DNA of 64,000 bases from an uncultured Verrucomicrobiae bacterium. GTDB taxonomy: Bacteria > Verrucomicrobiota > Verrucomicrobiia > Chthoniobacterales > UBA10450. Location of the stretch: positions 1,184,001 to 1,248,000 of the forward strand of contig CAVYXA010000001.1 of NCBI GenBank assembly GCA_963772365.1, read 5' to 3'. Of the stretch, positions 18,311 to 28,592 are shown in pieces (positions within the stretch are counted from its first letter, which is position 1; each line of letters begins with the position of its first letter). The notes beneath the pieces were generated by a model. It ran no database searches and was not told the origin of the DNA. It saw nothing but the letters and a program-made list of their open reading frames with translations. A program made the translations under genes and the position numbers.

Positions 18311-20989
18311 TTAAGCTGCGACGAGAGTGTAGTTGAGTCTGTCGATCAAAGGTCTGAGTTCATTCCCGAACAGTTTGCGAGCGCGTGCCAAGCCACCACG
18401 GTTGCTGAACACCGGTTGCGATTCCAGATCGTCTTCACTGATGCTCAGATTTTCTTTCAAATGATTCGCGATGAAGCCAAGCCATTTCTTTTGCTCAGGG
18501 GTGAAGGAGTGAAACGCTTCGAGTTCTTCAATAGCTTTTGTGACACGCTCCTCCGCGGTAAACAGCGGCGCCTGTTGATCGGCTGCGTGTTTTACCATCG
18601 AGATGATGTCTGCCAATGTATGATGCACTTTTTCGTGCGCTTTTTTTAGCGCATGCTCACCAAAGCCACCTCCGCCTAGGGTTGTTCGTAGCTTCGATAA
18701 GGCGTCCGGATTCCACTCCTGCGGTTTTTTGAAAAGGATTCGCAAGGCATCGAGTTGGTTTGCGTTGTCGCGAACAAACTTGGCGAACGCTTCCAAGTAA
18801 TCTTCAGGTTTCTCCCATTTACCGAATAGTTGCCGCGAGGTGACGCGATCCTCTACCTCGTATCCGACAAGGAAAACGCGCTTGGCGCGCGGGTAATCGA
18901 GGAGGAAGTTCTGGAAATCTTTGTTGCGTAGCAGCTTCATTGTTTCGTCGAAGTCACCACGAAGTCGTTTTGGAAGTTCGTTAGCGAATTTGGCGATGTT
19001 CCCATCGGTGATCCATCGCTTCAATTCTTCGCGACCGTCCGGCGTGATGTCCTTGTCGATGCGAAGGAAACGTTTCGCGAGAATCTTGACGTGATAATTG
19101 CGATCAATGTTCTGCCAAACATTTTCGATGATCTCGGGAATGGTGAGTGGAGTCGCTCGGGGTTCCTCGATTTCGAAGTTGGACGCGTCTTTGAAGTAGC
19201 GGAGGAGCGTTCCATCGAAGCAATCGAAGACGACGAACTTTGTTTTGTTGATGTCGTTACAGCGACGCGTTCCTCGACCGAGCATTTACTCCCATAGAAT
19301 GCGGGACTTTACCGGCCTGAGGAAGACGATGAACTCCAACTCTGGGATGTCGACGCCGGTGGAAAGCATATCAACGGTGATAACAACCCGCGGCTTCGGG
19401 CGATTGCGAAACTCGCGAATGCGTTGGAGTGGGCGATCGACATCTGGGTTGCCCGTTATCTTCTGGACGAAATCATCTCCTTGGTTGAACACATCGCGGC
19501 AGATCCGGACCAGTTGCTGAGCGTGTGAAATGTGCGGCAAGTCATTTACCGCAAAGATCAAGATTTTAGGAAAGCGGCCTGTTTCCTTCTCATGTTGATA
19601 CGCATACTTCGCAATCTCATTGACGATCTCGCGGTTACTTTTCGGCGCGGTGACAGCGCGCTCGACGGCTGATGCGTCGAAGGTGCGTTCGTCCTCGAGA
19701 TTATCGAGCGCTTCAACGCCAGTCTGTGTGTCAATCCGACCGATCTGTTCGCCTTCTTTGAGAAAAACGCCATTGATGCGCACGGCGGATTGAATGACGA
19801 TCGGGTCGTAATCGACGAGCCAACCATCGAGAATTGCTTGCTCGACTCCGTATCGAAATACCGGTTCACCGAACATCGCGATTGTGTGTGCTGCAGGAGT
19901 GGCGGTCAGGCCGATTCGAATTGCATCGAAATGCTGAATCGTATTTCGCCAGATGCTCGTTTCCTGCGCGGTGTAACCTCGGTGGCATTCATCGGCAATA
20001 ATGAGGTCGAACGCATGAATAGGAATGTCCAGACGATCAGCGTCTTCTTCGATGTCGGCATCGCCGCGCGCTTGCGCGAAACTACCTTCAGCGCCGAACA
20101 AATTCCGCGCCATGCGTTGGATCGTCGAGATATAAACAAAAGTCTGGCTCGCCTTTGGAGCGGTCAGGTATTCGTTGGGTAAAACCTTCGGATCGAATGG
20201 CGCGTCATCGCCGAAGTCTTCCTTTTGGAATCGTTGGCTGTAAACCTCATATTCCTGCGTGAACTTGTTTCGCTTTGGTGTGTTGAACGAGTTGAATTCC
20301 CGTACGGCCTGCGCGGCTAACGCTTTGCGATCGACGAGAAACAGAATGCGTCGCGCCAAACCTGATTCGAGCAGACGATAAATCTGCGCGACTGTCAGAT
20401 ACGTTTTGCCGGTTCCGGTCGCCATCGCGACCATCATGTCGCGCTTCCCGTTGAGGATGGCTCCCTCGGTGGCCAGAATAGCGTCGCGCTGATAAGGGCG
20501 GAGTCCTTGAATCTGTTCTGGAAGCGTATCGAGCAAATAAGCTCTGGCGTTCCTCGAATCAGTGGAAAAAAAGCCCACTAAAGCATCGGGTGTGTGAAAA
20601 TCACTTAGCTGACGCGAGATCAGTTTGTTCCCGCGCACATCCAAATGCCAAATGAGCGTGCCGTTACTTGCGTAAAGAAACGGCACACGAAAATCATTCC
20701 ATTGTCCGCAACCATTAAAAGCGCCGCGGGCATATCGCTTCGCCTGTTCCAACACATTCTGTGGATTTACGGTGATCTTCTTGGCTTCAACGATTCCGAG
20801 GAGTTTTCCGCCGATGAAAAGTGCATAGTCGGCCGGGCCATTCGCGGTGGGCAGTTCCTCGACAGCGACCTTGTCGAGTTCATTCAGTTTGAGACTTTGG
20901 GAGAAGGGCTTGATCTGCCAGCCAAGATTCTTCAATCGTTTGTCGATGCGACTTTTCCGCGTGAGCCATTCTGCTTCTTGAACTGCCAT
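18311..20989 (-). pseudogene. hsdR: Type I restriction endonuclease R subunit (EcoEI-like) interrupted by one in-frame TAA at 19286-19288
   Basis: ADY..EAKK nuclease, ATGTGKT, DECH and TAT motifs; the two ORFs are in the same frame: ILWE*MLGRGTR. Confidence 0.9.
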
Positions 20990-21114
20990 TTACGGGCGAA
21001 ATCCTAGCCGAAACTTTTACGAATGGCAGCGGAAAAATGGCTTGAAAGCATAAGGATGGTAACGCCGGCGGCCACGTCCAATCTTTGGGGTCACAAACCA
21101 TAGCCGTGGATTTC

Positions 21115-21133
21115 CCCTCCCTCACCGCGCCTT
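21115..21133 (+). repeat. Distal att-like copy of the tRNA-Ser 3' end
   Basis: CCCTCCCTCACCGCGCCTT, 18/19 identical to 11956-11974. Confidence 0.75.
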
Positions 21134-21202
21134 GTCGCACATTCCCGCTCCAAGCTCGCGCATCATCGCAGTGGCCGGTTTCCTGCTCTTTTCCAAAGAG
21201 CT

Positions 21203-21979
21203 GTGAAAATCTCCGTCGTCATTCCCTGTTACAACGAGCGAGATACCATCGAGGAAATCGTCATGGCCGTACGCACTGCGCGCGTCCCGGATCTCGAAGT
21301 CATTGTCGTGGACGATGGTTCGACCGATGGAACTGCCGATCTACTCGAACGAAGAATCCAGCCGCTCGCGGATTGCATCATTTATCACAGCGTCAACCGC
21401 GGAAAGGGCGCTGCTTTGCGGGCCGGGTTTGCGGCGGCGACCGGCGAAGTGATCATCGTTCAGGACGCCGATCTCGAGTATAACCCGGAGGATTATCCTG
21501 CGTTGCTGGAGCCGATTTTGGCAGGGAAAGCCGACGTCGTTTTCGGATCGCGTTTCATGGGCGGCCGGCCGCATCGAGTCGTTTATTTTTGGCACATGAT
21601 AGGGAACAAACTGCTGACCCTGTTTTCCAACATGTGTACGAATGTCAATCTCACCGACATCGAGACCTGCTACAAAGCGTTTCGCAGATCAGTCATCGAA
21701 CAACTCGACTTGTATGAGGACCGCTTCGGATTCGAACCGGAAATCACCGCGAAGGTCGCCAAAGCCAACTGGCGAATTTACGAGGTCGGCATTTCTTACG
21801 ACGGACGCACTTATGCGGAAGGGAAGAAAATTACGTGGCGGGACGGCATCCGTGCACTGTACGCGATCATCAAATATAATTACTTTCCGGCTCCACGACG
21901 GGCACGTGCCGCGATACTCGCGTCGGCCAATGCATCTGTGAACGGCGCCAGCCTGCGGCCCGCTGTTCGGCCTTCGTAG
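21203..21979 (+). CDS. Glycosyltransferase family 2 (polyprenol-phosphate glycosyltransferase-like)
   Basis: [28 protein letters not shown] and RFGFEPE motifs. Confidence 0.92.
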   Translation: MKISVVIPCYNERDTIEEIVMAVRTARVPDLEVIVVDDGSTDGTADLLERRIQPLADCIIYHSVNRGKGAALRAGFAAATGEVIIVQDADLEYNPEDYPALLEPILAGKADVVFGSRFMGGRPHRVVYFWHMIGNKLLTLFSNMCTNVNLTDIETCYKAFRRSVIEQLDLYEDRFGFEPEITAKVAKANWRIYEVGISYDGRTYAEGKKITWRDGIRALYAIIKYNYFPAPRRARAAILASANASVNGASLRPAVRPS

Positions 21980-21981
21980 GA

Positions 21982-22452
21982 ATGGTACATCGCCTGAATT
22001 TGGGCGTGCGCTTGTTTTCGTGCGTTGCCGCGGTCGCCGCATTTCTCGCAATTGGCGTGCCGCCGATCTTCCCCAGTCTGGCGCGAAGCACCATTCATTT
22101 CGCCGGCCCATTTCATTCTACTGACAATTTTCTCCAGTTCGCCACCGGCGCAAACGGCGGCTCCGAGCGGCTTGTCGCGCTCTTCGATTCTCTGCCTTCG
22201 ACATCGAAAATACTAATCGTTGTGCAGAATAATGATCAGCAGAGCGCATTTCTCAGTTCGCTTGTCGCCTATCTGGCCTGGCCACACCCGGTAGAGATTG
22301 TCGATCTTAGAAAGGGCCGGAGCCCGGTCGAAGGCGAGATCGACAAGATCGCGGCAGTCGCATTTTGTCGTGTTCAACCACCGGCTTCATGGCCGCGCGG
22401 CATGCGCTTCGGCGATTCGCTGGAGATCGTGTCGGTTAGGAGAACAAAGTGA
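21982..22452 (+). CDS. Hypothetical membrane-anchored protein
   Basis: Packed between the GT2 gene and the next gene (4-bp overlap); N-terminal hydrophobic segment. Confidence 0.6.
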   Translation: MVHRLNLGVRLFSCVAAVAAFLAIGVPPIFPSLARSTIHFAGPFHSTDNFLQFATGANGGSERLVALFDSLPSTSKILIVVQNNDQQSAFLSSLVAYLAWPHPVEIVDLRKGRSPVEGEIDKIAAVAFCRVQPPASWPRGMRFGDSLEIVSVRRTK

Positions 22453-23894
22453 ATATTCTGGCGCTTGTCGGTGCGATTCTCACAATTCTGGCCGCCGGAT
22501 CCATCTTCTTGTTGCTCGGTCCAACGAGAGTGCATCTCAATCTTTTCACACAATTGGCCATTTCGTGGATTTTCGGGACCGCCTTGATTTCGATTCTCAT
22601 CTGGATTCTCGGATTTTTTGTTCGAGCTCCGTTGCTCCCAATTCTCGTGGCGGCAATCAGCATGGTGCTTGGGCTGACGTATTTGAAAATGCGTGGTCAT
22701 TTTGCGGTCGCGTCTCGGCCCTTGCGAAAACCGCAGCCAATTGAGCTTGTTCTAGCGGCGGTTATCGCAATGGAGATGTTGATTGTCTTTTATCTCTCCT
22801 ACGTCCACACACTCGGCGGAGATGGTCTTTTGAACTGGGAGATCAAAGCTCGCTACGCCTACGCCAATGGAGGGGCATTGCCGGCATTTTATTTTCAAGA
22901 TGCTGGCAGAGCGACGAGCCATCCGGAATATCCACTGGCGATCCCCTACACCGAGCTGTGGTTCTATTTCTGGCTGGGCGAACCGAATCAGTTTTGGGCA
23001 AAGACGATCTTTCCGCTTTTCTACGCGGCGGGAATCATTCTGGTTATTTCGTTCAGCACGCGGCTCACGGCAAAAAACTGGCCAGGTCTGATTGTAGCAG
23101 CTTTATTCTTTTTTATTCCCCAGATCACGACCGAGACTGGGAGCGCGATTGTTGGTTACGCCGATTTTCCGTTGGGCGTTTTATACCTAGCCGCCATTGG
23201 AAGCCTTCTCTGCACGTGTAACGAAGAGAATGTCGATGGAAATGGCGCGTTCTCGATTTTTGCCGTTGCGCTGGCAATGCTGCCCTGGATGAAACGCGAA
23301 GGATCGGTGCTTTGGCTGATCGGTGCATTGTGCGGGCTTGTTGTGATCTGGCGAAAGAAAAAATCGCTAGCCTGGATTTTTGCGCTTCTGCCCGGTCTTT
23401 TCCTGATCATCGGCTGGAATTTATATTTGTGGAAGATGCACGCCATTTCCTCGCCGGATTTTGTGCCACTCAGCTACGGCGCTTTGAAGACAAACATTCA
23501 CCGCGCCGGTCCGATTCTGTCGATGCTGTTAAGGGAATTAGTCCACACCCGGATCTGGAATCTGTTCTGGCCGGCTGTAGTGCTGGCGTGCATTTCGTTC
23601 CTGTATCGCACGCGCGTCCTTGCGGCTGTGGTAGCCGTCTTCGGGATCGCCGTTCCGATTGCCGTTTATACTGGGGCATACGTTTTTAGCAACTGGCCAG
23701 ACTACCACCACCACGTCGCGCTTTCGGTAAATCGACTGCTCATGCACGTCGCGCCGCTCGGCGCGGTGATCGTCTCGATTCTCCTTGGCTCTTCTAGGCA
23801 CTGTCCCGCTTTGGCAGCAACGTTGCCAATGCGAGCAACAACTTTTCCCTCGAAAAATAATGTGGCCGCGCTGACGGGCGTAAGCGCGGATTGA
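22449..23894 (+). CDS. Polytopic membrane protein, probable GT-C fold glycosyltransferase
   Basis: Many TM segments; D...W..KA, HPEYP, GYADFP and KREG motifs. Confidence 0.65.
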   Translation: MNILALVGAILTILAAGSIFLLLGPTRVHLNLFTQLAISWIFGTALISILIWILGFFVRAPLLPILVAAISMVLGLTYLKMRGHFAVASRPLRKPQPIELVLAAVIAMEMLIVFYLSYVHTLGGDGLLNWEIKARYAYANGGALPAFYFQDAGRATSHPEYPLAIPYTELWFYFWLGEPNQFWAKTIFPLFYAAGIILVISFSTRLTAKNWPGLIVAALFFFIPQITTETGSAIVGYADFPLGVLYLAAIGSLLCTCNEENVDGNGAFSIFAVALAMLPWMKREGSVLWLIGALCGLVVIWRKKKSLAWIFALLPGLFLIIGWNLYLWKMHAISSPDFVPLSYGALKTNIHRAGPILSMLLRELVHTRIWNLFWPAVVLACISFLYRTRVLAAVVAVFGIAVPIAVYTGAYVFSNWPDYHHHVALSVNRLLMHVAPLGAVIVSILLGSSRHCPALAATLPMRATTFPSKNNVAALTGVSAD

Positions 23895-23922
23895 ATTCGG
23901 ACGGCGCTCTTGAACCGCTAAG

Positions 23923-24141
23923 CTAATAACGAATCGCGGGATTGCTATCGCGGACGAGAACATCGCGTTGCGCGTTCCAGAGGTTCCGCTCGCCTTCGCT
24001 GGGTTGCGGCCCTTCTTTCTGTCGCTCAATAGCGGCCCGCCGTTTCTGCTCCTGATTGCCGCGACCGGCTGTCTCGGTGCTTTCACAACCGACCAGAAAT
24101 GCGATGCAAATGATGAAACCAAACAAGCCGATCTGTTTCAT
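23923..24141 (-). CDS. Small lipoprotein
   Basis: LVGC lipobox; purine-rich stretch upstream. Confidence 0.6.
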   Translation of the reverse strand: MKQIGLFGFIICIAFLVGCESTETAGRGNQEQKRRAAIERQKEGPQPSEGERNLWNAQRDVLVRDSNPAIRY

Positions 24142-24226
24142 GGAGGAGGAGTTTAGCAGAGTGCGTTCCTAAACATAAGCAAAATCACTCGTGCACGGCT
24201 CAAAAAGGCATGCAATTTAACCATGC

Positions 24227-24739
24227 ATGACCGCGCACGAGCTGAAATCGATTCAAGCGCCGATCAAGGATCGTTATCGCAATGAACCGAAGGCGGCGAT
24301 GGTCACGCTGCGTGCTGAAGGAAAAATCGGCGAGGGCGTGACCTGCAATGTGCAGACCGGAAAAGCTCTCGTTGAAGCCGGACTGCACCCGGCGACCGGC
24401 GGAACGGGGCTAAGCGCATGCTCCGGGGATATGTTACTCGAATCGCTGGTCGCTTGCGCCGGAGTCACTTTACGTGCAGTTGCGACGGCATTGGACGTCC
24501 CGATTCGGGGCGTCACCGTTCGGGCCGAGGGCGATCTCGATTTTCGAGGGACGCTCGCCGTTTCCAAGGAAGTGCCCGTTGGTTTTCAGCGGATTCGGCT
24601 CCAATTCGATTTGGACACGGACGCGAACGAAGAACAATTGGCTACATTGATTCGACTGACAGAACGCTATTGTGTCGTTTACCAAACTCTCGTTCACCCG
24701 CCTAAGATCGACATTTCCCATCGACACACATCAGGTTAG
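24227..24739 (+). CDS. OsmC family protein
   Basis: LVACAG, EGDLDFRG and ERYCVV motifs. Confidence 0.88.
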   Translation: MTAHELKSIQAPIKDRYRNEPKAAMVTLRAEGKIGEGVTCNVQTGKALVEAGLHPATGGTGLSACSGDMLLESLVACAGVTLRAVATALDVPIRGVTVRAEGDLDFRGTLAVSKEVPVGFQRIRLQFDLDTDANEEQLATLIRLTERYCVVYQTLVHPPKIDISHRHTSG

Positions 24740-24764
24740 ATTAGCTGTAACTCATTTAGAAATT

Positions 24765-25604
24765 ATGCCGACCTACATGGACATTCACGAGATTCCGGGA
24801 GGCGTAACCGCGGCCGATGTCGCCAAAGCCCACTTCAAAGATATGGAGGTGCAGGGCAAATATGGCGTTCACTATCACAAGTACTGGGTCAACGAGAAGG
24901 AAGGTAAAGTTTTCTGCCTTTGCGATGCCCCAAACGCCGAAGCCGCAGTGGAAGTACACCGTGAGGCACATGGGCTTCTTCCAGACAAGCTCATTCAGGT
25001 GGAGTCCGACGTCGCGGAACTTTTTCTCGGCGGCTGCGAAGTAAACGAGGCCGGAGCAGTATTGCTCCCAGGCGCATCAGCCGATGATCGTGATCCGGGA
25101 ATTCGCACGATTCTATTCACTGACATTGTCGACTCAACATCTCTCACTCAGCAGCTCGGTGATGAAGCGGCCATGGCTTTGCTGCATGTCCATGATTCAG
25201 TCGTCCGGAAAGCGCTCAGCGATTTCGGCGGCCGGGAAGTGAAACACCTCGGAGACGGCATCATGGCGTCGTTCATTTCGGCGGCGGCGGCTGTTAAATG
25301 CGCAACTCAGGTCCAGCGTGAGCTGGTCAAACAAGCCCAGGCACCAAGTAATGCTCCGGTCCGGCTTCGTGTCGGCATAGCGGCGGGTGAGCCGGTGGAG
25401 CGTCACAACGATCTCTTCGGGTGTACCGTCCAATTGGCCGCGCGTCTGTGTGCTTATGCTGAGGCCGAGCAAATTCTCGTCTCAAATGTTGTTGCCGAAT
25501 TGTGCGAAGGGAAAACGCTTCCATTTCAATCGCTCGACGAAGTCCTCTTAAAGGGGTTCGATCGTCCGGTGCGCGTCCACGCTGTCAGCTGGGCTGACGC
25601 ATAG
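24765..25604 (+). CDS. DUF4242 (SCO4226-like) domain fused to a class III nucleotide cyclase
   Basis: YMDIH..AH..D..Q..YW...FCL..AP..H...HG; then FTDIVDST, KHLGDG and DLFG.TVQLAARL. Confidence 0.85.
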   Translation: MPTYMDIHEIPGGVTAADVAKAHFKDMEVQGKYGVHYHKYWVNEKEGKVFCLCDAPNAEAAVEVHREAHGLLPDKLIQVESDVAELFLGGCEVNEAGAVLLPGASADDRDPGIRTILFTDIVDSTSLTQQLGDEAAMALLHVHDSVVRKALSDFGGREVKHLGDGIMASFISAAAAVKCATQVQRELVKQAQAPSNAPVRLRVGIAAGEPVERHNDLFGCTVQLAARLCAYAEAEQILVSNVVAELCEGKTLPFQSLDEVLLKGFDRPVRVHAVSWADA

Positions 25605-25713
25605 CCTCGAGGTGTGGCGGTGCTTGTGACAAACCGCCGAATCTAAAAAATGGTCGCCAGGCCAAACCGAAAGAGACGCTTGGCACAAGCGCTCCTACAA
25701 CGTTTACTTCGCT

Positions 25714-27174
25714 GTGGTGCATAAGGAGCCGGTCAAGATCGACAACTTTATCGACGGCGAATTCATTGAGCCGACGAGCCGCAAGTATCTGGACAACATC
25801 GAGCCGGCAACTGGAAAGCCCTATTCGCAAGTGGCCGATAGCGATGCACGCGATGTCGATCTTGCAGTGCGGGCGGCTGAGAAGGCATTTCCGGTCTGGT
25901 CAAAGAAACCGGCCCACGAACGATCCAAAATCCTTTTGCGTATTGCCGACTTGATCGAGCGCGATCTGGAAATGCTCGCTCGCGCCGAATCAATCGACAC
26001 CGGCAAACCACTTGCGCTCGCGCGCTCGTTAGATATTCCGCGAGCGGCTAGCAATTTTCGGTTTTTCGCCACAGCAATCCTGCACACGGAAAACGAGGCG
26101 CACGTCACTGATGGGGTCGCTTTTAACTACACCTTGCGACAACCCCGCGGCATCGCCGGCCTGATTTCTCCCTGGAACCTGCCGCTTTATTTATTGAGCT
26201 GGAAAATCGCGCCGGCCATCGCCGTCGGCAATACCGCCATCGCCAAACCAAGCGAGCTGACGCCCATGACCGCGTCTCTATTATGCAAAGTGTGCGTCGA
26301 AGCAGGACTGCCAAACGGCGTCCTCAATATCGTGCACGGAACCGGGCCAAGTGTGGGCGCTGCCATCACGGCGCACCCAAAGATCACGACAATTTCCTTT
26401 ACCGGCGGAACGGTGACAGGAAAAAAAGTCGCAGAAAGCTGCGCGCCGTTGTTCAAGAAAGTTTCGCTCGAGCTCGGCGGGAAGAATCCAAACATCATTT
26501 TCGCAGATGCCGATCTCGATGCAGCCATTGCCGGGAGCGTGCGATCATCGTTCGCGAATCAGGGCCAGGTTTGCCTGTGCGGTTCGCGGGTGTTCGTGGA
26601 ACGCTCAATTTACAACGATTTTGTCGATCGTTTCATCGACAAAGCCTCGCACCTGAAGCAAGGCGATCCGTTAGACGACAAAACCGAGCAAGGCGCCATC
26701 GTGAGCAAGACGCAGCTCGATAAGGTAAAGTTCTATGTCGATCTTGCCCGGAAAGAGGGCGGCAAAATCGCGCTCGGCGGCAAAGCGCCGGAGGCAATCG
26801 GCGAACGTTGCTGCGAAGGTTATTTCTTCCCGCCCACGGTGATTGTCGATCTTCCGGTCGCGTGCCGAACGAATCGCGAAGAAATTTTCGGTCCCGTTGT
26901 CACGATCACGCCGTTCGACAGCGAAGATGAAGTGATTCGTTATGCTAACGATGTCGATTATGGACTCTCATCGAGTATCTGGACCCAAAACCTCAATCGC
27001 GCCCACCGCGTCGCCGAACAAATTCACACTGGAACAGTGTGGGTAAATTGCTGGCTCGTCCGCGATCTGCGTGTTCCCTTCGGTGGCATGAAAGCCAGCG
27101 GCGTCGGCCGCGAGGGCGGCGAAGAAGCGTTGCGCTTCTTCACTGAGCCGAAAAACATCTGCATTGCGAAATAG
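25714..27174 (+). CDS. Aldehyde dehydrogenase (2-hydroxy/aminomuconate semialdehyde dehydrogenase-like)
   Basis: SPWNLP, LELGGKNP, NQGQVCLC, EEIFGPV and CWLVRDLRVPFGG motifs. Confidence 0.9.
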   Translation: MVHKEPVKIDNFIDGEFIEPTSRKYLDNIEPATGKPYSQVADSDARDVDLAVRAAEKAFPVWSKKPAHERSKILLRIADLIERDLEMLARAESIDTGKPLALARSLDIPRAASNFRFFATAILHTENEAHVTDGVAFNYTLRQPRGIAGLISPWNLPLYLLSWKIAPAIAVGNTAIAKPSELTPMTASLLCKVCVEAGLPNGVLNIVHGTGPSVGAAITAHPKITTISFTGGTVTGKKVAESCAPLFKKVSLELGGKNPNIIFADADLDAAIAGSVRSSFANQGQVCLCGSRVFVERSIYNDFVDRFIDKASHLKQGDPLDDKTEQGAIVSKTQLDKVKFYVDLARKEGGKIALGGKAPEAIGERCCEGYFFPPTVIVDLPVACRTNREEIFGPVVTITPFDSEDEVIRYANDVDYGLSSSIWTQNLNRAHRVAEQIHTGTVWVNCWLVRDLRVPFGGMKASGVGREGGEEALRFFTEPKNICIAK

Positions 27175-27183
27175 CAGCTTCAT

Positions 27184-27417
27184 GTGAGCAAAGCCGACAA
27201 AATCCTGGAAAAGGTGATGAGCGGCCAGAGCGATGCGAACATTCGTTTTGACGACATGTGTTACTTGCTCGCGCAACTTCGCTTTACTCAGCGCCAACGC
27301 GGCGGAAGTCATGTCATCTTTCAACGCGGAGCTGATTTCGTGAATTTGCAAAACTTTCACGGGAAGATTAAGCGTTATCAGGTTCGCCAAGTCCGCGAGA
27401 TCTTAAAGAAGAACTAA
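27184..27417 (+). CDS. HicA family toxin
   Basis: Basic 77-aa protein; RGGSH.IF and K.YQVRQV. Confidence 0.85.
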   Translation: MSKADKILEKVMSGQSDANIRFDDMCYLLAQLRFTQRQRGGSHVIFQRGADFVNLQNFHGKIKRYQVRQVREILKKN

Positions 27418-27419
27418 TT

Positions 27420-27674
27420 ATGCCGACAGCGCGAGATTACGAGATTCGCATTTGGTATTCGCCGGAGCCGGGCGACGAATGCTACGTGGCGCAGGTCGTT
27501 GAATGGCCATCGATCACGGCGTTTGGCGATACTCGCGAAGAAGCGGCTCGCGAGATTCAGATCGCGCTCGATCTTGCCTTAGCTTCCGCGCGAGATGCTG
27601 GAGTTAAGCCACCGTTGCCGCGGGAGACAGTTGTGCGTGAGGCGCCATCCGATTACGGCACGAGAGGCTCATAA
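27420..27674 (+). CDS. HicB family antitoxin
   Basis: YVAQV.EWP..TAFGDTREEA motif. Confidence 0.85.
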   Translation: MPTARDYEIRIWYSPEPGDECYVAQVVEWPSITAFGDTREEAAREIQIALDLALASARDAGVKPPLPRETVVREAPSDYGTRGS

Positions 27675-27696
27675 GTTCAGCCAGACTATGGTTTGC

Positions 27697-27771
27697 GGCG
27701 TCGGCCGCGAAGGCGGCGAAGAAGCGTTGCGCTTCTTCACCGAGCCCAAAAACATCTGTATCGCGAAGTAG
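27697..27771 (+). repeat. Duplicate of the last 25 codons of the aldehyde dehydrogenase gene
   Basis: Matches 27100-27174 with six differences, all synonymous third-position changes. Confidence 0.93.
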
Positions 27772-27839
27772 AATGCTACCAACGCTCGGGATGACAGCGC
27801 GGCGTTGCCCTTTACGAAATTGCCGCTTACTTATCGCAC

Positions 27840-28592
27840 GTGAAATGGTTCTTAGGGATTCTGGTCGCAACCTGGGCTGTGACCACGCCGGCAGTGTTCG
27901 CGCGCGATTACAATGATGTCGTTCTCGAGCAGATCAGAAAAATGCCGCGCGGCGGACGCTATTCTATCTCGCACGTCGCCAACATTCGCTTGCAACACTC
28001 CGCTCACTTCGAGTCGGGCAAGTTTTTCTTTCTGCCATCGGCCGCATCCCCCAGTTTCTGTTCGGGCGCGACCTATCTGGTTTTTATTCGAACCATTGAA
28101 GCTCTGCGGGCGCGAGGCGACCTTCATTTGGATTATGCAACGCTGAATCATCTCGTGATTCGCGATCAACGTGACGGCGAGGGAATTTGGGGACGCTGGA
28201 ATGCCAACGGGCCAGGCACAGCGCGCTTGTTTCACGAACTGGGTCTTGGTCACAACTTCACGAATTTCGATCATGCCAAGCCCGGCGACTTCATGAAAAT
28301 TTTTTGGAATCGACACGTTGGCCGGCACGAAAGCGGTCATTCGGTAATTTTCATGGGAACGGAAAACCGCTTTGGCCAGGAATACATTCGTTATTGGTCG
28401 AGCAATATTCCTTCCGGTTACGGTGAGAGAAGCGTCCCGCGGAAGAAGATTGCCTACGCGATTTTTTCGCGGTTGGAGCGGCCGGAGAATCTTGCGCGAA
28501 TCAACGAGGCCCCTCTGGTCGATCGTTATCTTGCGTCGCTGCTCCGCAAGAATTCCAGCTTCTCCGAAGCAGACGCGAAATGCGGTTTGTGA
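27840..28592 (+). CDS. Exported protein, possible NlpC/P60-like cysteine hydrolase
   Basis: Signal peptide; FCSG...PGDF...GHSVIF spacing. Confidence 0.6.
   Translation: MKWFLGILVATWAVTTPAVFARDYNDVVLEQIRKMPRGGRYSISHVANIRLQHSAHFESGKFFFLPSAASPSFCSGATYLVFIRTIEALRARGDLHLDYATLNHLVIRDQRDGEGIWGRWNANGPGTARLFHELGLGHNFTNFDHAKPGDFMKIFWNRHVGRHESGHSVIFMGTENRFGQEYIRYWSSNIPSGYGERSVPRKKIAYAIFSRLERPENLARINEAPLVDRYLASLLRKNSSFSEADAKCGL

Larger units (their letters stand above)
11953..21133. mobile_element. tRNA-Ser-integrated defence island without a visible integrase
   Basis: tRNA 3' end CCCTCCCTCACCGAGCCTT (11956-11974) recurs at 21115-21133 with one mismatch; cargo is R-M and TA genes. Confidence 0.75.
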
